Shown here: positions 56,956 through 64,000 of the stretch, one piece after another | Position numbering within the stretch: position 1 is the stretch's first letter | Layout: the number at the start of each line of letters is the position of its first letter | IMG/VR virus record: IMGVR_UViG_3300028641_000003 | DNA: 64,000 nucleotides | From: an uncultured virus (IMG/VR IMGVR_UViG_3300028641_000003) | Lineage: Duplodnaviria > Heunggongvirae > Uroviricota > Caudoviricetes | Direction: 5' to 3' (one strand) | Notes under the pieces: model-generated | What the model saw: only the letters and a program-made list of their open reading frames with translations | Database searches by the model: none | What the model was told of the DNA's origin: nothing | Translations under genes and position numbers: made by a program

Positions 56956-56963
56956 TATTTATA
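56956..56963 (-). promoter_or_regulatory. T4-late-type promoter TATAAATA
   Basis: Exact motif 29 nt upstream of the structural operon. Confidence 0.7.
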
Positions 56964-57014
56964 CTTTTTATCATTTAACAGTAATGGAAATGATAAATTG
57001 GAATGACTGACACA

Positions 57015-57236
57015 TTATTCGGGATATTGTGGAATAGAACTATCATCTCCTAGTGCAACCCCAAACTCCAAAAGTCGAGACTCCCATTCGACTTTATTGG
57101 TAAAAATCTCTAAGTTGGGTTGACCAGTTGATAATGTTTCTTTCTCGTTGGCTACACCATAATGAAATATATCGTTATTATTGTGTGCTATCCAGAATAA
57201 AGCATCTGCGGTGAAAATATGATTTTTTATACTCAT
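57015..57236 (-). CDS. small tail-associated protein
   Basis: ATG 57236 overlaps the stop of the upstream giant ORF (ATGA). Confidence 0.6.
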   Translation of the reverse strand: MSIKNHIFTADALFWIAHNNNDIFHYGVANEKETLSTGQPNLEIFTNKVEWESRLLEFGVALGDDSSIPQYPE

Positions 57237-60200
57237 GGCGCAAGTCCCCCGTCTACTATTGTCCATCCCTTAGTTCCTGTCAAATACGATCTAGCCGATG
57301 CTGCTGCTGCGCTATATTTTGATGCGGATTTTAATGGTACATTTGATTGGATGCCAGCGGGAGTTAATCCTTGGGCAGCAAAAGATATTAAAGTTGCATC
57401 ATAATTGTCTTGATTGGCTGAGCTATTGGGGTCATTAATATCTACTCCATTTAAAAAGTCACCCATGTGAGTTACATTTGGTATCTGCCACGCTGAGAAA
57501 TCGTGTTTAAGGGCAACACATCCCTCAAATGTACCCTGAAAGCTTCTTGCTTTACTAACATCCCACCCAGTCATATCAGCATTAAATGCATAGTTCGATG
57601 TCCCTAGCATGCGGAACATACCTTGCATACCGACGCTTGGGTTAGTGCCTATCTGACTCATATTCCAAGTAAATGGAGCCTTCACTCCGGGTGGATATCC
57701 GTTATTAAACTTTACTGCGTTGCCAAAACAATACGCACATACTTTTAAGAGAGATGTATCCCATCCATTGAGATTTTGGTTGAAGTCGCTACAACCATAG
57801 AACATGTTAAATGGATTCCAAATTTTTGGTGTATTCCACTTTCCTATTGGTTGATTGAATTTTCCGCAACTCCGAAACATAAATGCCGTTGATCCCATCT
57901 TAGTGGTGTCCCAATTACTTATGTCAGCATTGAATATCGAACACCCTTCAAAAAAAAATCTAAAATCGTTTATGTTTCCAGTGGTGGTCCAGTTTCGTAG
58001 CCCATTTCCAATCATTTTTGAGCATGAGCGGAAGAACGATGTACCGTTAGTTATCTCAGAAAGATTTGGTTGATCTTCAGCCGTAAGAATAAGATTATTA
58101 CAACCATAAAAAACACCACTTGCATTTCCCGACTTCCACGGACCCCATTGTAAAATATCAATCAACTTTCTTCTGTCTCCACCGTTGTTAAATCTCCAAC
58201 CATCAATAAGTCCAGTTATCGTAACTATATAAACGCCCGGATAAGCATAGGTATGGGTTTTTGCCGATGAGTTCCATTCTGTTATACGCTCAGATGTACC
58301 ATCTCCCCAATCTACAGTAAACGAGTATTTTCCAGAGACGAGCGCAGGAACAGATTCGGTCTGTGGTGCCAAAGGCTCGCCAGCATAAGAATCAATATAT
58401 GTACCAATTAAAGGTAATGTTATTTGATTTGATGCCGAAGATCCTGGCTGTGTGGTGTCCCAAACAGTAACAAATTCTGGATAATGCTCGCCAAACTCAA
58501 CATGTATTCTATTTTCACCTTCCCATACATTTTTTATCTTTCTACTTGTATGCTCAAGGTATCTGTATATATGGTCATTATTGAATGTTAAGTCTCTAAC
58601 ATAAACAGAGTTATAAGACGTTAGATTTTCATTGCATACTAACATATTTGCAACTTCGTCTTCTACTGTCTTAATAATAACTTTATCTTCTATGACTATT
58701 ATCTTATCGACAACAGCATTGTATTTGGCGACAGGACCGCCAACTGTTCTAAAGAATAAGCTATTACCTATCAATACAAGAATATTTCCATTATTTGTTT
58801 TCTTAACACTTCTAACTTCACCGTTCTCCCCATATACTCTTGAAATTTCTTCAAGTATATCAGTAAGATCCTTTGATTGAGTTGTGTCACCAAATACAAC
58901 TTCTCCTTGAATTGTAGAAGTATACTTGGCATTTCCAACATATGTCAACTCGTTATTAAAGAGCATTCCTGTCATTGTTCCTGTTGCTCTAAAATTCTTT
59001 ACAAGATCCTCATTGAAGTTTTCTGCGACAAATGAAGCGTTCGTTTTCCCACCAAGAGTACTTGGGTAGGTGATGTCCATCTTCGAAAGACCAGTCACGA
59101 GATAAACAAGTTCTTCAAAGTCACCGTCCAAGTATCTATTGGAATCGGTTTGGGATATTGGATTGGTGAAATAATTTATAACCAATCTCTCAGGATCGTC
59201 TTTCTCGTTAAAAGTTACACGAATATACTCTGACCCGACAATTGTCTTCAATGTGTACCAAGTTCCCAGTTTTATATTTTTGGTGTCATAGTCCCCAAAT
59301 CCTGCTAGGAATGACTTGTCCATTTTTCCAGTTTCAACATTATATCTTGCAATTCCAAGTCCTATATCAAACCCATATACTCCAACACCAACAAAGTAAT
59401 ATCCACCCAAAACTACCTTGTTTGTTATTGGGTCGTATATAGTATATGCTTTAACTATATGTTCAAATTTCTTACCAATGAAGTTTTTGTTCTTTCCTAT
59501 TTCCTCATCGAAAATAAAATCAGTAGTAAAATCAAATATTGAATTGTTGTCATCAATAATGTATAGCTTATTGACATTTGGCTTCTCGGTTTTCGTTACA
59601 TCTATTTCGTTATTGTTCTTAGTGACCTTACCAGTTTTCTTGTAGTCGAGGAAAAGAGAAGTATTGCTATTAATTGACTTAAAGCTATTTTTTCCCTTGA
59701 AGTTAATTATGTCGTATGTCAAGTCATTTGATTCAAATACCAGAGAGCTACTTGGTTTTCTTAGCGATGCGGTGAATACTGTGTCGTCTACCGACTCAAA
59801 TGGCAGCCACTTTAATCTCTCTATATCAGGATTAAAATTATCTTCTTTGACTCTCTTTTGGTTTTCGGCAAAGAATATATCGTAGAAGAAACTTCCACGA
59901 AGCTCTGCTCCAGCAAATATGCTACTATTCTCTGTTTTTGGAATAGTAATTGAAGTGTCCGAAGTCATTGTGTAAGATTCGTTACTAATTCTAAAATTAT
60001 TTAGGGTTATTTTATCAATGCTCTTTACCCAGTTTCTTAGTAAGTTTACATTTTCTGGAATTTCAAAGACACTAGATGAATTTGACTTTACAAATACTCT
60101 TGAGTCATCAAGAACTCTCCAGTCCATCGAATCTTCGTCAGCTATATTACTTGTGACGGTTATATTAGCTCCCGAATTTATAGTCAATCCATCAAGAGTC

Positions 60201-63200
60201 ACTAATTTATTAAAAAGCTTATATTTCGATGTAGGAACTTTTTCGGCAATAAACTCAATATCCATATTAGAAGCGAAAAGCGTGTTCCAATCTTCTATGT
60301 TCCATCCCTTTGTGGCAATTATAATTTGACCAGCAGAATCGGCATAGACATTATTTGGGTCGCTTGCCTGATTTATTAAATATGTCATTAATCCATATGG
60401 GGTGAATGTTATAGACGCATCTCCAGTGCTTCCATTTATATAGTTAGCCCATTCTAATTCTTTGTTGTTTTTGACCTCATTTGAAGGATACCATGAAATA
60501 GGAATATAAAATGTGTGGCATGACTTTACGGGGGATTGTTTATAATCATATGCTGGCGGAGAAGTTTCGTTTATTTTTACTTTATTAGCTTCCGATTCTG
60601 TCAATGCATTATCTGGGTTGCTAGTGATGAACGCATCATCGAAATTGAACCCCGAATAATCAAGTCTTACGTTTACTTTAGCATAATACATCGTATCTAA
60701 AGACACATCACCGTCTAATAATGTAAACTTTAGAGCCGCTGGTTTACTTCCTTCCGAAAGCTTTATATTATAAAAATATTTTTCTATGGTCGAAAGAGCA
60801 TTATGGTTTATATTTGATAGAATATCTTTCTGAATCTCTACTGGGTTTTTTGAGACGTCGCGTTTCATCCACACTTGATTTGGTGCCCACCAAGAGAAAT
60901 CTGCATCGTAGTCCAAAGTCGAGTTATTTGTGCAGTCGTTTGTATTTCTGCATGCTTCGGCTACTCCATTTAACAATTTCCTTGAGTTTGAATCAAGAAC
61001 ATATATGTTGGAAGATCCTGGGTGTGGATATACAGATGCCGCAAGTTTTATGTTGGTACTAAAGTGATATTTGCATAGCAAATCAAGTCTTGGGTTCTCG
61101 TAAGGATTTAAGCAATTATCAGGTAATTTTACTGTCTTTGCTTCCGAGTTAAAAATAACAGATGGGTTTCTTACATATATGCCCAAAATACTTATTTTAC
61201 ACATGCCCTGATTGATGGCATCATGTAAGAAGGTAGTAGACAATCCATAGGTTCTACGAGTAGAATCAAGGACTCCAATTGGGAGAAATATCTTTACTAT
61301 ATAAGAATTATTACTTCCTTCAGTTAAAGTTGTGTCATCTGGTCTAAACTTGAAGTATGCCTTATCCATCTCCAGAGAATAATGTCCCCACAAAAGAACG
61401 GGTATTTGTCCATCTAATGAATTAACGTCTATTAGCCTCTGAATGTCGTCACAATTCTTAAATCTTACTCCGGTGACTCTCTTCGAACTTCCATTATAAA
61501 CAATTGGACTGAATACTGGATTTTCCCACTTGGTATTATACTTAATAGTCCTTGCTCCGGTTATAGAAGTGAAAATTCCGGAGTCTGGGCAGACCTCTTG
61601 AAATACTCCACGGAGAGGAATTTCAAAGTTTGACAGCATGTATTGCTGCATTCTGTCGCTAAGCGTGAAAGTGAGCGAGGTATCATTTTCTCTGGTAAGC
61701 GAGGAAAATGCATCGTCTGGTTCGGTTTCGTAGTTGTCGAGTGGAACTGACTCGTTGTAGGCGAAAAGACCCGGTATGCGGATCACATCTGATCCTGTTG
61801 TTGGTGTTGTCTCAACATCAGAAGACCCATAATAGTTCTTGAAAATACTCTTGTCAGTTGCGCGAATATCAGCTAAGAACCAATTTCTCTGATTTCCAAA
61901 TGGAATAATAATTTTGCGAGATACTTCGGCAGAGTCCTTAAATCTACTCAACCATTCACTGTCGAAATTAACGATATACCTTGTAGCAATATCTTCAGTT
62001 ACCTTTATATTATTCATATATAAGAAGTTAAGAGATGCGGATCCACCTTCTTCTATGGTATATGTTTCAACTTCTGGATCATACGACTGACTTATCTGTT
62101 TTGTAAATGTTTCGTGATTGTTTATATCGTTATTAAATCTTAAATTAGTTGCTTTAATCCATTCCAGATACTTTGGTTTTATGTCAAGTTCTTTTTCAGC
62201 CGTAGTCCAAAGAGTTTCATCTGGATCAAGAATATTCACCGCTACATCTTTCAATTCCATTATACCATTCTTGCATCCTACGCCATAGTTACCACCCGTT
62301 TCTATTTCGGTGTATTGAATAGTAACTGCTTGGTTTCCCTCTTCATCAACAGTCTGAATCTTGACTGAATCCTTTTGTAATGATACGCCTTCAAATAATG
62401 TTATCCATTCGCCGCAGGCTTGTTGACCGTAAACAGATCCACCCGTTTCATTATTGACGTTATTGGATATTCTTGTTTCCATGTCGTTGAGGCGAACATA
62501 TGCTGATACTAAACTACCAGATACTTGTAACTTAAATTCATAATAAGAGTCATCATTAAAGACATATGCTTCGCAGTTATTAACGACTGGCTTATTGTAG
62601 AGTGGCGAATCAGCAGTCCCAAGATTTATTTTTTGTATTATTGCTGTTTCATCAGAAGGATTCTTGACAACTCTTGACAATGACACCCACGAATTTCTTG
62701 TGTTGATACTAAATCTATAGTATTCTCCAATATTTGCATAAAAATCACTGGAATTTTTTATACCCCTGAAAATAAAGAAAATTTCATTTTCAGAATATCT
62801 GAAGCTTTCTATGGTGTTTGGGTCGTTTATCTTTTTGAATGACCATACAACATTGGCATCAAAGTTCTTAACACTACGATTTGTGTTTGCTATTACAGAT
62901 GATATAGTATTTTCTTCAGATAAAGCATATGACAGAGTTATTTTATCTCCATAATCTATCACATCTGGAGATACCTGTAGTATTCCGAGATTGGATGGGT
63001 CTTGCCTTACAGGAATATTCTCATCAAGTGTATATACAAATGGTTCTTGTTGATATGATTCTTCTTCAATTAGTAAGTTTCCATTATTGTTTCTTACATC
63101 GGTAACATATACGGGTTTCTTTTCAATTTCAAACTCGTACCAACCTTCTGTGCTACCGGACATAGTAACAGTAGCTACTTGATCAACATCAAATTCGACC

Positions 63201-64000
63201 TTTTCTATTTGGTGATAGTTGTCTATTATTATAGAGTTTAGTGTTTTCTTTATCATTCCATTATCATTGGAGTTACCAACAACACGAATGTCGTTCCACT
63301 TAAACCCGTGTTTGTTGTTCTCCACATCATAGTCAAGGAATAGTTCGTCAATAAGACCAACTGGAGTCTGTCCCCAATTCTTGGTCCAAAGCTCTATTGC
63401 CTTTCCATCTATACTGAAGAAACTTAAGAAAGAACTGATATCTTGATTAGTTCCTTTTTTACGAAATAACTCAGAGCTATGAATGAGGAATCTTCTAAAA
63501 TAATTGATTTCCTTATCGGTTGCCTTATTTCTTGAAATTCTATCGTATATATCATATTCTTCGAAATTTCCAGATTCTTCTTCATTTTTATATCCCACTT
63601 TGGACGAATATAGTGAATCATGTCCAAGAGTTAGTGCTAGATATTCGAAGTAAAGAGGATTTATTTCATTAGCATCCCATAAGCTATATAATGATTTGGT
63701 ATCTTTGTAAATTCTTTCGAATAACTTTGCGGCTGATTTGTAAAAATCATCCGTTGCAACATTTTGCGTGTATGACCATGTTGGATTAAAATCATAGAAA
63801 AGCTTAAGAAACTTAGACTGAACGGTAACATCAATATATCCGCGAGTTTTAAAGTAGAAAACTCTCCCGTCTATGGTTAAAAATGGCTCTGACCATATCG
63901 TTAAGTAAACTTGGAATATTCCGCTATCAGAAAATTTGTAGCTAAGCGAATCATCCGAAAATGATTTTCCGTCACTTGTGTCCCATTGTATTTTGGATAT
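57233..64000 (-). CDS. giant baseplate-wedge/tail protein (5' partial) with C-terminal PKD and BspA/DUF285-like LRR repeats
   Basis: Frame is open from 64000 (no stop above 63598); YLALTLG...FRKKGT gpI-like motif; VDWGDG PKD; repeated W-x-T-x-x...MF..C..FN. Confidence 0.8.
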   Translation of the reverse strand: MSKIQWDTSDGKSFSDDSLSYKFSDSGIFQVYLTIWSEPFLTIDGRVFYFKTRGYIDVTVQSKFLKLFYDFNPTWSYTQNVATDDFYKSAAKLFERIYKDTKSLYSLWDANEINPLYFEYLALTLGHDSLYSSKVGYKNEEESGNFEEYDIYDRISRNKATDKEINYFRRFLIHSSELFRKKGTNQDISSFLSFFSIDGKAIELWTKNWGQTPVGLIDELFLDYDVENNKHGFKWNDIRVVGNSNDNGMIKKTLNSIIIDNYHQIEKVEFDVDQVATVTMSGSTEGWYEFEIEKKPVYVTDVRNNNGNLLIEEESYQQEPFVYTLDENIPVRQDPSNLGILQVSPDVIDYGDKITLSYALSEENTISSVIANTNRSVKNFDANVVWSFKKINDPNTIESFRYSENEIFFIFRGIKNSSDFYANIGEYYRFSINTRNSWVSLSRVVKNPSDETAIIQKINLGTADSPLYNKPVVNNCEAYVFNDDSYYEFKLQVSGSLVSAYVRLNDMETRISNNVNNETGGSVYGQQACGEWITLFEGVSLQKDSVKIQTVDEEGNQAVTIQYTEIETGGNYGVGCKNGIMELKDVAVNILDPDETLWTTAEKELDIKPKYLEWIKATNLRFNNDINNHETFTKQISQSYDPEVETYTIEEGGSASLNFLYMNNIKVTEDIATRYIVNFDSEWLSRFKDSAEVSRKIIIPFGNQRNWFLADIRATDKSIFKNYYGSSDVETTPTTGSDVIRIPGLFAYNESVPLDNYETEPDDAFSSLTRENDTSLTFTLSDRMQQYMLSNFEIPLRGVFQEVCPDSGIFTSITGARTIKYNTKWENPVFSPIVYNGSSKRVTGVRFKNCDDIQRLIDVNSLDGQIPVLLWGHYSLEMDKAYFKFRPDDTTLTEGSNNSYIVKIFLPIGVLDSTRRTYGLSTTFLHDAINQGMCKISILGIYVRNPSVIFNSEAKTVKLPDNCLNPYENPRLDLLCKYHFSTNIKLAASVYPHPGSSNIYVLDSNSRKLLNGVAEACRNTNDCTNNSTLDYDADFSWWAPNQVWMKRDVSKNPVEIQKDILSNINHNALSTIEKYFYNIKLSEGSKPAALKFTLLDGDVSLDTMYYAKVNVRLDYSGFNFDDAFITSNPDNALTESEANKVKINETSPPAYDYKQSPVKSCHTFYIPISWYPSNEVKNNKELEWANYINGSTGDASITFTPYGLMTYLINQASDPNNVYADSAGQIIIATKGWNIEDWNTLFASNMDIEFIAEKVPTSKYKLFNKLVTLDGLTINSGANITVTSNIADEDSMDWRVLDDSRVFVKSNSSSVFEIPENVNLLRNWVKSIDKITLNNFRISNESYTMTSDTSITIPKTENSSIFAGAELRGSFFYDIFFAENQKRVKEDNFNPDIERLKWLPFESVDDTVFTASLRKPSSSLVFESNDLTYDIINFKGKNSFKSINSNTSLFLDYKKTGKVTKNNNEIDVTKTEKPNVNKLYIIDDNNSIFDFTTDFIFDEEIGKNKNFIGKKFEHIVKAYTIYDPITNKVVLGGYYFVGVGVYGFDIGLGIARYNVETGKMDKSFLAGFGDYDTKNIKLGTWYTLKTIVGSEYIRVTFNEKDDPERLVINYFTNPISQTDSNRYLDGDFEELVYLVTGLSKMDITYPSTLGGKTNASFVAENFNEDLVKNFRATGTMTGMLFNNELTYVGNAKYTSTIQGEVVFGDTTQSKDLTDILEEISRVYGENGEVRSVKKTNNGNILVLIGNSLFFRTVGGPVAKYNAVVDKIIVIEDKVIIKTVEDEVANMLVCNENLTSYNSVYVRDLTFNNDHIYRYLEHTSRKIKNVWEGENRIHVEFGEHYPEFVTVWDTTQPGSSASNQITLPLIGTYIDSYAGEPLAPQTESVPALVSGKYSFTVDWGDGTSERITEWNSSAKTHTYAYPGVYIVTITGLIDGWRFNNGGDRRKLIDILQWGPWKSGNASGVFYGCNNLILTAEDQPNLSEITNGTSFFRSCSKMIGNGLRNWTTTGNINDFRFFFEGCSIFNADISNWDTTKMGSTAFMFRSCGKFNQPIGKWNTPKIWNPFNMFYGCSDFNQNLNGWDTSLLKVCAYCFGNAVKFNNGYPPGVKAPFTWNMSQIGTNPSVGMQGMFRMLGTSNYAFNADMTGWDVSKARSFQGTFEGCVALKHDFSAWQIPNVTHMGDFLNGVDINDPNSSANQDNYDATLISFAAQGLTPAGIQSNVPLKSASKYSAAAASARSYLTGTKGWTIVDGGLAP

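Noticed and set aside
57233..58500. Diversity-generating retroelement target in the tail tip
   Set aside because: No reverse transcriptase or template/variable repeat pair is visible in this window.
43830..64000. Stop-codon reassignment (common in some jumbo phages)
   Set aside because: Multi-kb ORFs are intact in the standard code, and TAA, TAG and TGA all end genes at sensible boundaries.

Overview
64-kb segment of a large (jumbo-type, T4-like-regulated) lytic bacteriophage genome, standard genetic code. (1) 1-6.1 kb: GC-rich array of about 20 tiny + strand genes, most with their own near-consensus sigma70 promoter (TTGAC[A/T]-N15/16-TA[T/C]A[C/A]T). Twelve are leaderless, and the -35 box often supplies the previous gene's TGA stop. 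(2) 6.1-43.8 kb: mostly + strand accessory/metabolic genes. These include an RNA-repair toolkit (CCA-adding enzyme plus a degenerate paralog, three RNA-ligase-family proteins, polynucleotide kinase, two metallophosphoesterases), NADAR, GNAT, ClpS, ClpP, a MoxR/vWA pair, dCMP deaminase, dNMP kinase, and HNH and LAGLIDADG endonucleases. There are also scattered TATAAATA (T4-late-type) promoters, one canonical sigma54 promoter with upstream palindromes, and a 110-nt tRNA-like RNA. That RNA has alanine identity elements and an encoded CCA, but a 13-bp helix plus 29-nt insert replaces the anticodon arm. (3) 43.8-64 kb: - strand block of large, probably virion tail/baseplate proteins that runs off the window. 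Functional calls come from motif recognition by eye; no searches were run.
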